Below, one piece after another: positions 13,205 through 24,400 of a stretch of DNA of 64,000 nucleotides. The notes beneath the pieces are model-generated. The model saw only the letters and a list, made by a program, of their open reading frames with translations, did no database searches and was not told where the DNA came from. The DNA lies in contig NC_043001.1 in the NCBI RefSeq assembly GCF_006345805.1, forward strand, positions 20,708,001 through 20,772,000, written 5' to 3'. Position numbers and translations under genes: made by a program. This DNA is from Octopus sinensis. Its lineage: Eukaryota. Numbering within the stretch: position 1 is the first letter of the stretch; every line of letters begins with the position of its first letter.

Positions 13205-13622
13205 GCAGCAAGCTGGCAGAAACGTTAGCACACCGGGCGAAATGCTTAGCAGTATTTCGTCTGCCGCTGCGTTCTGAGTTCAAATTCCGCCAAGGTCGAC
13301 TTTGCCTTTCATCCTTTCGGGATCGATTAAATAAGTACCAGTTACGCACTGGGGTCAATATAATCGACTTAAACCGTTTGTCTGTCCTTGTTTGTCCTCT
13401 CTGTGTTTAGCCCCTTGTGGGTAGTAAAGAAATAGGTATTTTGTCTGCCGTTACGTTCTGAGTTCAAATTCCGCTGAGGTCGACTTTGCCTTTCATCCTT
13501 TTAGGGTCGATTAAATAAGTACCAGTTACGCACTGGGGGGGTCAATATAATCGACTTAATCCATTTGTCTGTCCTTGTTTGTCCTCTCTGTGTGTAGCCC
13601 CTTGTGGGTAGTAAAAGAAATA
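13205..13622 (+). mobile_element. SINE family C, dimeric form
   Basis: B box GAGTTCAAATTCC; 13-bp TSD ggtaatgctgaag. Confidence 0.93.
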
Positions 13623-14289
13623 GGTAATGCTGAAGTTAGTAGTTATACTACAAATAGTAATAAAGGTAACCAAGCTAATAATCATGGTGACAGAACACTA
13701 ATGATGATGACAATAATGGTGGTGAAACCAGTAAAAGGATTAATGGGTTCATGTGTGAGGGAAGGGGCTTTTATGACCAGGAAATCCAGGCTATGAGCTG
13801 TCACTATCCTGTTAGAGGAAGAATGTACTTGAATGTTTGCATGCAGGCAAAGGGGATAGTGTTTCCTCTCTTGTGTTTAGGATGTTTGTTGTAGCTAGGA
13901 TAGTCGATTTTTTAGTTGCACACAGCTTGCATCTTGTACCACAGCGGTTGTCGGTTTTTTGCTTGATAGTACAATAGTACAATTGTTGATATCACTGTCC
14001 TTCCTGTACCAGGTATATTTTGACATGCTTTCTGTTTCTTGATGTAGAAAAGAGTTGTATGAAAAAGATCTTAAAATACCCTTTTCTGTGAGCTTGGTAT
14101 GCATTTTGGTAGTGTCACCATAATTATACACTTCAAACTTTACAAGCAGGTTCTTTGGGAGAGACATTTATTTTCAAGTGGACATTTTGACCTTCTCAGA
14201 AATTACAGACTTGTGGGGCTGGGTTTAAATTATAGACATATGCAGTGATTTTGTTGTGGTTCAATATCTGATATCCTATATCACCAAGG

Positions 14290-14530
14290 CAGCTATAGCT
14301 GACATTTAATGTTTTCTTATTGAATGGTGCCATTATCATCAAAAAGATTAACTGGACCATTTTTTTTACATGGAATTGTAACTAATCCCATTTACTTGTA
14401 CTGCAACAATCTGTCATGCCCTTCATTCAAGAAGACTTTGAAGATATGGAGTGTTATTTCCAGCAAGATGGGGCACTCCAACACTACCATAGAAATGTAA
14501 GGGCCTACCTTGATGAGATTTTGCCGACCT
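14290..14530 (+). mobile_element. Tc1/mariner transposase fragment
   Basis: GPFF-like segment and YFQQDGALQHYHRNVRAYLDEILP. Confidence 0.7.
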
Positions 14531-14639
14531 CTGGAAATATGCTGTGCTGCAGAAGACTTGGCAAGTGCAAGTGTGACCATAACCTTGTGGCCTATGCAAG
14601 GGATGTAACCAGTCCACTTATGCATGCCTTTTCTTCATT

Positions 14640-15155
14640 GGACACTAAATTCTGCTTGCGAAGACCAGTTGGGGCCAGTGAAATCGAAGTCGAAATCAAA
14701 TCCGGTGACTGGCATCCGTTGTTAGTGGAGCGCTAAGAGTACCATATGAGTGAGATCGTTGCCAAAGCAACAAGCTGGGCTTCGTGCCGATGGCACGTTA
14801 AGCAAACCATTCGAGTGTGATCGTTACCAGCATCGCCTTACTAGCACTTGTGCTGGTGGCATGTGAAATATTCGAGTGAGGTCGTCGCCAGTGCCGCTGG
14901 ACTGGCTCCTGAGCAGGTGGCACGTAAAAAGCACCATTTGGGCATGGCCGTTGCCAGTACCACCAAACTGGCCCTTGTGCTGGTGGCACGTAAAAAGCAC
15001 CCACTACACTCTCGGAGTGGTTGGCATTAGGAAGGGCATCCAGCTGTAGAAACTCTGCCAGATCAGATTGGAGTCTGGTTCGCAAGACCTCAGTCAAATC
15101 GTCCAAGCCATGCTAGCATGGAAAGCGGACGTATAATGATGATGATGATGATGAT
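14640..15155 (+). mobile_element. Family B, long form with internal tandem modules
   Basis: Repeated gtggcacgtaaaaagcacc modules, (GAT)n tail. Confidence 0.88.
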
Positions 15156-15279
15156 AAGTAGATGAAGAGGTTCTGTAGAATACCTTCCACATTCACCAGA
15201 CCTCACACCACTAGCCTTTTGGGGGGGAGGGGACAAGATAAACTTTATAGTACAAAACTGACACCAGTTGATGATTTGA

Positions 15280-15670
15280 GGCTGTGTGGTAAGTAGCTTG
15301 CTAACCAAGCACATGGTTCCGGGTTCAGTCCCACTGCGTGGCATCTTGGGCAAGTGCCTTCTGCTATAGCCCCGGGCCGACCAATGCCTTGTGAGTGGAT
15401 TTGGTAGACGGAAACTGAAAGAAGCCTGTCGTATATATGTATATATGTATGTGTGTGTATGTGTTAGTGTGTCTGTGTTTGTCTCCCTAGCATTGCTTGA
15501 CAACCGATGTTGGTGTGTTTACGTCCCCGTCACTTAGCGGTTCGGCAAAAGAGACCGATAGAATAAGTACTGGGCTTACAAAGAATAAGTCCCGGGGTCG
15601 ATTTGCTCAACTAAAGGCGGTGCTCCAGCATGGCTGCAGTCAAATGCCTGAAACAAGTAAAAGAGTAAAA
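15280..15670 (+). mobile_element. SINE family A
   Basis: Family identity. Confidence 0.93.
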
Positions 15671-16327
15671 TATTGATTGAAATGTTTCTTGATGTTTGTG
15701 ATACCATTGCTTTGTTATCAATGGTACCCGGACCAGAACATACATCTGTTTGAAAACAAGCATTCATAAAAAAAAATTAAATTCTGTCTGTAGACGTTTT
15801 TAAAATTTTTAAACTTAGATTTTTTTAATAAACACTGACTTAGTATGCATATACATGTTTTGGAGACACCCATGATATGAACATACAAGTGTGTGTGTGT
15901 GCATGCGTATGTGTCTATGTATTTTTCTCTTGATCATTTTTATGTCCATTTTCTCATGCAAGTATGGGGTAAGTAAATATATTATTCAGACATTGCTTTC
16001 TGGCTGAATGTACGCTTTCTGTGGCTGACCTTTACCCATTTTCAATGTAAGGGGATATCTTATTGTGTACATCTTCAAGATGCAAAACCAGCAGTTGACA
16101 GATCAGATTATAGGAACATTACTACCTGCAACTGAGCAATTTTCAAAGGAGCACAAACGTAAACCAATGATGTGCACAGAGACATAGATGCACATGTACA
16201 TATATGTATGTAAGTATGTACGTGTGCATGTATGTATCATACCTAAAGTAAATACATCTTTAAAAGGCAAATTTAACACTAAATTTGACTTTCAATGATG
16301 TATGTATATTGAATATAATATATACTA

Positions 16328-16726
16328 TTTACTCTTTTATTTGTTTCAGTCATTTGACTGTGGCCATGCTGGAGCACCGCCTTTAGTCGAGCAAATTGAC
16401 CCCAGGACTTATTCTTTGTAAGCCTAGTACTTATTCTATCGGTCTCTTTTGCCGAACCGCTAAGTTACGGGGACGTAAACACACCAGCATCGGTTGTCAA
16501 GCGATGTTGGGGGGACAAACACAGACACACAAACATATACACACACATACATACATATATATGATGGGCTTCTTTCAGTTTCTGTCGCCCAAATCCACTC
16601 ACAAGGCTTTGGTCGGGCCGAGGCTATAGTGGAAGACAACTTGCCCAAGGTGCCACGCAGTGGGACTGAACCCGGAACCATGTGGTTCGTAAGCAAGCTA
16701 CTTACCACACAGCCACTCCTATGCCT
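16328..16726 (-). mobile_element. SINE family A, full length
   Basis: Family identity (rc). Confidence 0.93.
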
Positions 16727-16879
16727 ATAGAGGGCTATTTTAATTTAATACTCTTCCAATTGCCTATAATGGATATACAAACACAAACATACAATCTTAT
16801 TTGCATCTTGTTTTTCCAAACAAAGAGGAATGCTACTGAGGCAGTGTTTTACAGTCGTGTACTTACACATATATCTTTC

Positions 16880-17102
16880 ATCTTTTACTTGTTTCACTCA
16901 TTTGACAACAGCTATGCTGGGGCACTGCCGTAAAGGATTTTAGCTGAACAAATTGACCCCAGAACGTTTTTTTAAGCTTAGTACTTAGTCAATCAGTCTC
17001 TTTTGCCAAACTGCTAAGCTATGGGGATGTAAACACACCAACACCAGTTGTCAAGCAATGGTGGGGACAAACACAGACACATACATGCAGATTTACATAC
17101 AC

Positions 17103-17137
<35 letters not shown>

Positions 17138-17250
17138 TGATGGGCTTTTTTCAGTTTCAATCTACCAAAGCCACTTAAAAGGTTCTGGTCAGCCTGACCC
17201 CAAAGCCATATGGTTGGGAAGCAAGCTTCTTACCACATAATCATGCCTGC
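16880..17250 (-). mobile_element. SINE family A, degenerate
   Basis: Family identity (rc) with deletion. Confidence 0.85.
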
Positions 17251-17479
17251 AATATATATATATATATAATAGAGGTGGAAATAGCACAGAAGTAAGTCTA
17301 AGACATTTCAATTTAAGAGGGTATTTAAAAAAAAAAAAAAGGTTTTTAAAACATTATATAAAGAAATTATTATCGGTTTTGATGAATCTTATCTTATTAA
17401 AAAATCAGTAAAATTCTATATAAATTTGAAGAACAGGTTATATAAAATGATTTGTATAGATCTTTAATCTTTTTTCAAC

Positions 17480-17521
<42 letters not shown>

Positions 17522-17796
17522 TACATAAAGATACAGACACACACACACACATATGTATATACATATTTATACATACATACATGCAAATATACACACGTAC
17601 AAAAACATACATGCAATATATATATACATAAACATTTACATATATAGATAGATAAATATGGACATACATATTTACATAGGTGTGTGTGTGTGTGTGTATA
17701 TATATATGTATGTATGTATACATACATATATACACACACATACATACACACAAATTTACATATATATATATACACACACATACATACACACAAATT

Positions 17797-17838
<42 letters not shown>

Positions 17839-17950
17839 CATATATACACACACACACATATATACACACACATATATATATATATATACATCTATACGTA
17901 CATAAATACATATATTTCCATATATATATATATATATATATAACATATAT
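17480..17950. repeat. Compound (TA)n/(CA)n microsatellite field with an internal 40-bp duplication (17731-17810)
   Basis: Direct reading. Confidence 0.95.
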
Positions 17951-18044
17951 GCATTCAACGATACTCACATCTAGACAAACGGACTAACCAAACATATAAA
18001 TGTATGCATACACATGTGTGAGTGTACATACATATAATGCATAG

Positions 18045-18235
18045 GGTATGTGGGTATGTTAATTATTAGCATTGTCCTTGTATCGTTTCTCATAGAATTT
18101 TAATGTCTTGGACTCTTTGTGTAGACAGTTCATGACAGGAATACAATCATGAATTGTCAACACAAAAAAGTCCAGGATCTTTAAATTCTATGAGAAATGG
18201 TATAAGAACAATACTGATAATTAACACACCCTGTA
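18045..18235. mobile_element. Fold-back MITE with Tc1/mariner-like end
   Basis: Imperfect ~80-bp inverted arms; right end aattaacacaccctg-ta. Confidence 0.6.
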
Positions 18236-18790
18236 TATATGTATGTATGTCTATATGTACCTACCCACACATTTTTGGGTATGTATTGTGTACACTTATA
18301 CCTATGGTAAGCTTGTTGGTCTATGGATGTGGGTATTGTTCTATGTGTATATGTTATATATGTACATATGTATGGGAATATATGTATATGCATGAATATA
18401 TATTTGTGTGCCTGTATGTATATATATATACATGTGTATGTCTGTGTATATATGTATATACATATATATACCGGAGTAAACACATAAATGTGAAACAAGG
18501 TGGAAAAAAGAGTACTCAAATACCAGAGGTAGAGTAATATGCTTTATTTAAAAGCAGCAGAAATTCAACAAAAGCTATTACTAGGAGTTTCACATTCTCG
18601 TTATATATATATACACACACATATATATATTCATATGTTATGTGTACATACAAGTATGTATATGCATCTGTATGCATGTACTTATGTATGTGTAAATACA
18701 TATATGTATATATGTATGGGTGTGTGTATGCACATATATGTAAGTGTATGTGTGTGTGTATATATATATATATGTATGTATGTATGTATA
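18230..18790. repeat. Compound (TA)n/(TG)n low-complexity field
   Basis: Direct reading. Confidence 0.85.
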
Positions 18791-18794
18791 TTCT

Positions 18795-18990
18795 TTTCTA
18801 CTCTAGGCACAAGGCCCGAAAATTTTGGGGAGGGAGCCAGGTTGATTAGATCGACCCTGGTACGCAACTGGTACTTAATTTATTGACCCTGAAAGGATGA
18901 ATGCAAAGTTGACTTTAGCAGAATTTGAACTCAGAACGTAATGACAGACGGAATACCGCTAAGTATTTCACCCAGCATGCTAACGTTTCT
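18795..18990 (-). mobile_element. SINE family C-related
   Basis: rc similarity. Confidence 0.85.
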
Positions 18991-19204
18991 GTCCTTCTTC
19001 CTCTCCACCACTTTCTTTGTCTGACTTACAGATATTAGATCTTTGTAACAGTTTGCAATAAACTGCTCCCCTGTTGATCCATTGTGGTTAGACATCCAAA
19101 CACATCAGGAACATCCAATGAACATCCAGAGTTCAAATGATGAAACGTATATAGGAGCTAAATATTTATATTAGTGTTTTTCTTAAATTGTTAGTGACAG
19201 GAGT

Positions 19205-19475
19205 CAGGCAGCTGGAAAGCTGTCCAAACTTCAATTGTCTGTCTGACATGGTTTCTAAGGCTGGATGCCCTTCCTAATGCCAACCACCTTACAGAGTATG
19301 TTGGGTGCTTTTTACATTCCACTGGCACAACTGCACTTACACAGCACTAGCACAAGTGCATTTTTTGCGGCACCAGCTCATCATCATCATCGTTTAACGT
19401 CTGCTTTCCATGCTAGCATGGGTTGGATGATTTTGACTGAGGGCTGGCGAACCAGATGGCTGCACCAGACTCCTG
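19205..19475 (-). mobile_element. Two adjacent family B fragments
   Basis: Core fragment plus tail fragment. Confidence 0.8.
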
Positions 19476-19544
19476 CAAGACAAAGACCTCTCAGCTGGGA
19501 GAGGCAGTGGGGGCATGGCAATAAACAAGGACTGCTTCACAAAT

Positions 19545-19790
19545 CTATGTGTCATCTTTGCGCAAGTGCCATTCCATTATATATAAATGTGACCGCCTGT
19601 GTACCGTTGGCGATTTTTTTCCCGTCTTCCCTTCTCCTATGTTTCCGACAAAGAGCTCCACTCGAAACGTTAAACCCTCCTTCTTTCCTTCGAGTCCAAT
19701 AATACTATATTTGTTCCATGTCCTCGCGTTGTTGTGTTTTTTTTGTGCTTTCATGTTTGGATTAACTAAATAAATAAATATATATATCAC
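19545..19790 (+). mobile_element. Penelope-type terminal fragment with decayed hammerhead at 19641-19675
   Basis: GTTT CCGACAA A GAG ctcca CTC GAAA CG TT AAAC. Confidence 0.5.
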
Positions 19791-19794
19791 CGTG

Positions 19795-20066
19795 ATCACC
19801 GTGACCGACCAGGCTATCAGATGTTGTTACACATCGCTGGTCACAATGCGTTCGCATTGTTTTAGCCTTCGAATGATGCCAACAGAAGAAAGAGTGGGAG
19901 AAAGAGTGGTGAAAGAGTACAGCAGGGATCACCACCCCCTGCCGGAGCCTCGTGGAGCTTTTAGGTGTTTTCGCTCAATAAACACACACAACGCCCAGTC
20001 TGGGAATCGAAACCGCGATCCTGCGACCGCGAGTCCGCTGCCCTAACCACTAGGGCATTGCGCCTC

Positions 20067-20069
<3 letters not shown>
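19795..20069 (-). mobile_element. SINE family D (tRNA-Arg-like head)
   Basis: gtggaggcgcaatg..agtggttagggcagcggactcgcggtc..ggtttcgattccc. Confidence 0.85.
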
Positions 20070-20101
<32 letters not shown>

Positions 20102-20427
20102 CAAACAGACTGCAAAGAGGTTAGTGAAGGTCTACATTGGTAAGACTTATATTATGTAGTAAAATCAATGAAAAGAATACAGTGATATTGCTATGAGGAA
20201 TGGGAAATCCAACGTTTCAGACAAAGTGTCCTTCTTCAGAGTAAAGTTGAAAGGAGAGAAATAAATGAGAGACAGCAGAGTTGTGCTTCTTCTAAGTTAT
20301 AAGAACACCATCTCACAGAGTAAACAAGGTTCTAATAGATCAGAATAAGTGACAAAAGAATATCCAAAGTCTTCATGTACAGCCAGCTTGATAGTGGGCA
20401 CAGATGTAAATCACAGATATAAGTATA

Positions 20428-20660
20428 TATTTCTTTACTACCCACAAGGGGCTAAACACAGAAGGGGACAACAAAAGGACAGACAAAAGGATTAAGTCGA
20501 TTACATCAACCCCAGTGTGTAACTGGTACTTAATTTATCGATCCCGAAAGGATGAAAGGCAAAGTCGACCTCAGCGGAATTTGAACTCAGAACATAACGG
20601 CAAACGAAATACGGCTACGCTTTTTGCCCGGCGTGCTAACGTTTCTACCAGCTCACCGTC
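20428..20660 (-). mobile_element. SINE family C
   Basis: rc similarity. Confidence 0.9.
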
Positions 20661-20664
20661 TTTA

Positions 20665-20900
20665 CTCAGATTTAAGTATAAGCTGAAGAGTAACCTCTCA
20701 GCAGTCAACACAGCTCACAACACCAATGAGCAAAGAGCTTTGGAACAAACAAAATGGAGATCATCATGTCTAAATGGCATAAGAGACTGTTTCAACCAGC
20801 ATTAACAAGCTAAGGATTGTGAAGCAAAGGAGAAAAGTGGCTGCAAATATACCACGTGCACTGACCTATACTCCTCATACTTGTAACATCTGCTAATCGT
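20665..20900 (+). mobile_element. RTE-type LINE 3' fragment
   Basis: RFKYKLKSNL..EQRALEQTKWRS pattern. Confidence 0.55.
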
Positions 20901-20980
20901 TGGCAAGACTCAAATTACACATTTGACAAAGAAAGTGTAGGTTGTTGGATCCTCATATATCAAACAGTGACAACAGAGTC

Positions 20981-21255
20981 CATCATCATCATCGTTTAAC
21001 ATCCGTTTTCCGTGCTAGCATGGGTTGGATGGTTCGACCGGGGACTGGGAAGCCAGGGGCTGCACCAGGCTCCAGCCTGATCTGGCAGTGTTTCTACAGC
21101 TGGATGCCCTTCCTAATGCCAACCACTCCGCGAGTGTAGTGGGTGCTTTTTACGTTCCACCTGCACAGGTGCCAGGGGGGTCTGGCATTGGCCACGATTG
21201 GTTGGTGCTTTTAACGTGCCACCGGCACGGAAGCCAGCCAAGGCAGCGCTGACAC
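20981..21255 (-). mobile_element. Family B
   Basis: Family identity (rc). Confidence 0.88.
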
Positions 21256-21284
21256 GTATATATATATATATATATATACACAGG

Positions 21285-21420
21285 ATGTGTGTCTGTCTGT
21301 GTGTTTATCATGTTTAAACTGGAGATCTACCCAACCAATTTTAATGAAATTTTACACATGCATTACATAGGGTCCATGGAGTGTCACGGACCATGTTGAA
21401 AATTTTCAATAAAAGTTTGA
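21285..21420 (+). mobile_element. Helitron/DINE-like fragment
   Basis: gtctgtctgtgtg..ccaaccaattttaatgaaattttacac; homologous to 59900-60050 in reverse. Confidence 0.55.
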
Positions 21421-21649
21421 CGTAAGATTTATAAACCTATTTGTTTTGGTAATAATCATAAAATTCTGGCAGTTTTTAAAAATTTGTTCAATTTCATTGA
21501 AACAGATAGTTTCAATGGAACACCCTGCATGGTGTAGCACTGTTAGTTGTGGCATTGCTCAAGTAAATATTAAAACCAAAGGTCTTCTCGTTGTAAGCAT
21601 CCCATCTTTTTGTTAAGCATTTTGTATCAAGGAATATATTATCCAAAAT

Positions 21650-21830
21650 GTAAAAAGCACCCACTACACACACGGAGTGGTTGGTGTTAGGAAGGGCATC
21701 CAGCCGTAGAAACACTGCCAGATCAGACTGGGCCTGATGCAGCCTTCTGGCTTCACAGACCCCAGTTGAACCTCCCAACCCATGCTAGCATGGAAAGCGA
21801 ACGCTAAATGATGATGATGATGATGATGAT
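21650..21830 (+). mobile_element. Family B, 5'-truncated
   Basis: Family identity. Confidence 0.88.
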
Positions 21831-21845
21831 ATATCACCCCTTTAT

Positions 21846-21965
21846 AGGCATGGCTGTGTGGTTGAGAAGCTTGCTTTCCAACCATGGTGCCATGGGTTCA
21901 GTCCCACTCTACGGCACATTGGGCAATTCTCTTTCATTACAGTGCCATGCCGACCAAAGTCTTGT
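21846..21965 (+). mobile_element. SINE family A, 5' part
   Basis: tRNA head and CORE-like segment. Confidence 0.8.
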
Positions 21966-22124
21966 GCATTATATAATTGCCATTAATGTATTGATATATA
22001 AAATAACACATACAACTCACTTATTATTGTTATATAATAAACAAACAGAAGTTTTCGTGCATGAAACTGATCTTTTTTCTACATAAATTATTACGTTTTT
22101 TTTTCTAATAAATATATATATATA

Positions 22125-22500
22125 TTACTCTCTTTTACTTGTTTCAGTCATTTGACTGCGGCCATGCTGGAGCACCGCCTTTAATCGAGCAACTCGACCA
22201 CGGGACTTATTCTTTTGTAAGCCCAGTACTTATTCTATCGGTCTCTTTTGCCGAACCGCTAAGTAACGGGGACATAAACACACCAGCATCGGTTGTCAAA
22301 CACAGACACACACATATATATATATATACATATATACGATGGGCTTCTTTCAGTTTCCGTCTACCAAATCCACTCAGAAGGCTTTGGTCGGCCCGAGGCT
22401 ATAGTAGAAGGCACTTGCCCAAGGTGCCACGCAGTGGGACTGAACCCAGAACCATGTGGTTGGTAAACAAGCTACTTACCACACAGCCACTCCTGCGCCT
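22125..22500 (-). mobile_element. SINE family A, full length
   Basis: Family identity (rc). Confidence 0.93.
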
Positions 22501-22511
22501 ATATATATATA

Positions 22512-22700
22512 TATATGTATAAAAAATATATATAAAAATACAAAATGGGACAGGAACGCAAAACACTCAAAGAGACGACACAAAAAACGGACGGGTCATT
22601 CGAAGCCTCTAATCTTCAGTCAAGAACCGGATCATCCTTGCAATTGCGTGTTTTGCGTTCTTGTCCCATTTTGTATTTTTATATATATTTTTTATACATA
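22512..22700. mobile_element. Fold-back element (gggacaagaacg family)
   Basis: ~55-bp inverted arms; interior homologous to 52826-52890 in reverse. Confidence 0.8.
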
Positions 22701-22731
22701 TATTATTGCGGCGTAACGTACATCTTGTTCT

Positions 22732-22770
<39 letters not shown>

Positions 22771-22772
<2 letters not shown>

Positions 22773-23222
22773 CAAATAAGAAAATGGAGAAACACATTAG
22801 TTAGTTTATCAGCTTTAAGATATTAGAATGTTGACTTATTTATTTATCAAAACGACAACCAATATAACATACATATAAAATGGTATAAAATTCAATGCAT
22901 ATAAGATAAGAATACAAGTAGTTATCAAAAAAACATTAATATGAATTATTAAAATTACTTACAGCTGTTTCGGCCTATGGAAAGGCACAACAAGTTACTT
23001 TTTTCCATAGACTGAAACAGCTGTGATTTTAAAGATTTTAATAATTTATATTAATGTTTTTTTTAATAACTACTTGTATTCTTATCTTATATGTATTGAA
23101 TTTTATACTGTATATATGTATGTTATTATGGTTGTAGTTTTGTTAATTAAATAAGGCAACATTCTAATATCCTAAAGCTGATGAACCAACTAATGTGTTT
23201 CTCCATTTTCTTATCTGTAATA
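22771..23222. repeat. ~450-bp imperfect palindrome (fold-back element)
   Basis: ~200-bp inverted arms; GAAACAGCTGT on both strands near the centre. Confidence 0.85.
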
Positions 23223-23496
23223 TAAATTAATGGTAAAATATTTCTTTACCTTCACCCATTTAATACAATAAGTAAGTTTATTGCATTGAAATTAAAAACA
23301 CTTTTGTATTAATAATTTGGGTATTATACCAAAAGTATATTGGATAAGTATTATCCCTTAGTGGGTTGGATCCACAACCCCTAACTTATATATATATATA
23401 TATATATATATAAATATGTATGTATATATAAAATTAATAGAATGAGATAAGAAATCCAAGGCTGCGAAAGATTTTCGGAACCTTTATAAAGAGAAG

Positions 23497-23544
23497 GTCT
23501 TACAGGTGTTTCCGGGATATTTTAGATATCCCTTCATCAGAAAC
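23497..23544 (-). ncRNA. Minimal type-I hammerhead ribozyme motif
   Basis: GTTT CTGATGA A GGGATAT ctaaa ATATCCC G GAAA CACCTG TA AGAC. Confidence 0.6.
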
Positions 23545-23777
23545 AGTGCAAGAAAATGGTTAAACAATAGTTATTACAGAGAAAATATGAAATACAGAGT
23601 GAAGTGGAGGAATGAAAACAGACGTGAGATACGTAAGGATATTGTATCTGCAGTTCCATCATTTAAGCAGAATGGTATATACATAAGTTTCCTGTACCTT
23701 GTATGTGAGTTCCACACACAAGGTACAGGAAACATATCTTCTCTGTAATAACTATGGCTTAACCATTTTCTTGCACC

Positions 23778-23824
23778 GTCTCTGATGAAGGGATATATAA
23801 AATATCCCAAAACAGCTGTAAGAC
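23778..23824 (+). ncRNA. Minimal type-I hammerhead motif, G12 mutated
   Basis: GTCT CTGATGA A GGGATAT ataaa ATATCCC AAAA CAGCTG TA AGAC. Confidence 0.55.
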
Positions 23825-24135
23825 CTTCTCTTTATAAATGTTCTGAAATGTTAGTTAGTTAGTTAGTTAATTTTTGGGCTCAAAAAGCAAAAAAGCAAGG
23901 CCATGTAGGGGGACATGGAGTTATGTACAGGGTGGTGTTCATGTAAAGAGTTCAGGCCACTTGTGGTCAAGGGAGACTTTGAACCTTTTGGATTTTTTTT
24001 TATCTCATTCTGCTAATTTTTTATATATATATGCATGCTAATATATGACCTACGTTGGACTCAATCATACAAAAGAGTTTGTATGATTGCGTATAGAGGG
24101 ATATATGTTATTCAAAGGAATTCCAACTCTGTCTG

Positions 24136-24400
24136 TTTTTTATGTTTTATGTATATTCTTTATAATATTAATGTAGAATATAGAATATATAGTAAAATGA
24201 AATGAAGTATTGATTGTCTTAAGGTCCCAAGTTGTGACAGGAGTGTTTCAACCATATATATATATATATATATAGAACCACGGTTGAAACACTCCTGTCA
24301 CAACTTGGGACCTTAAGACAATCAATACTTCATTTCATTTTACTATATATTCTATATTCTACATTAATATTATAAAGAATATACATAAAACATAAAAAAA
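24136..24400. repeat. Perfect 118-bp inverted repeat with 28-nt (TA)n spacer
   Basis: 24136-24253 read base by base as the reverse complement of the arm starting at 24282. Confidence 0.92.

Larger units (their letters stand above)
23487..23838. mobile_element. Fold-back element with ~105-bp arms, each carrying a hammerhead
   Basis: Arms ~23487-23589 and ~23733-23838 are reverse complements with scattered mismatches. Confidence 0.85.

Noticed and set aside
13895-14167. 90-aa minus ORF MSLPKNLLVKFEVYNY...
   Set aside because: No recognisable domain or splice context; lies among transposon debris.
17475-18886. Many I/Y/H/T/C/V-rich ORFs
   Set aside because: Translations of (TA)n/(CA)n microsatellites.
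19030-19160. Candidate exon MSNHNGSTGEQFIANCYKDLIS with gtaagt donor
   Set aside because: In-frame stop just upstream, all frames from the acceptor closed, no homology.
19990-20069. tRNA-like sequences here and at other SINE heads
   Set aside because: No complete cloverleaf and each runs into a SINE body.
4065-20660. Family C copies mostly minus-oriented (7 of 8) in the left part
   Set aside because: Small sample, and other families show no such bias.
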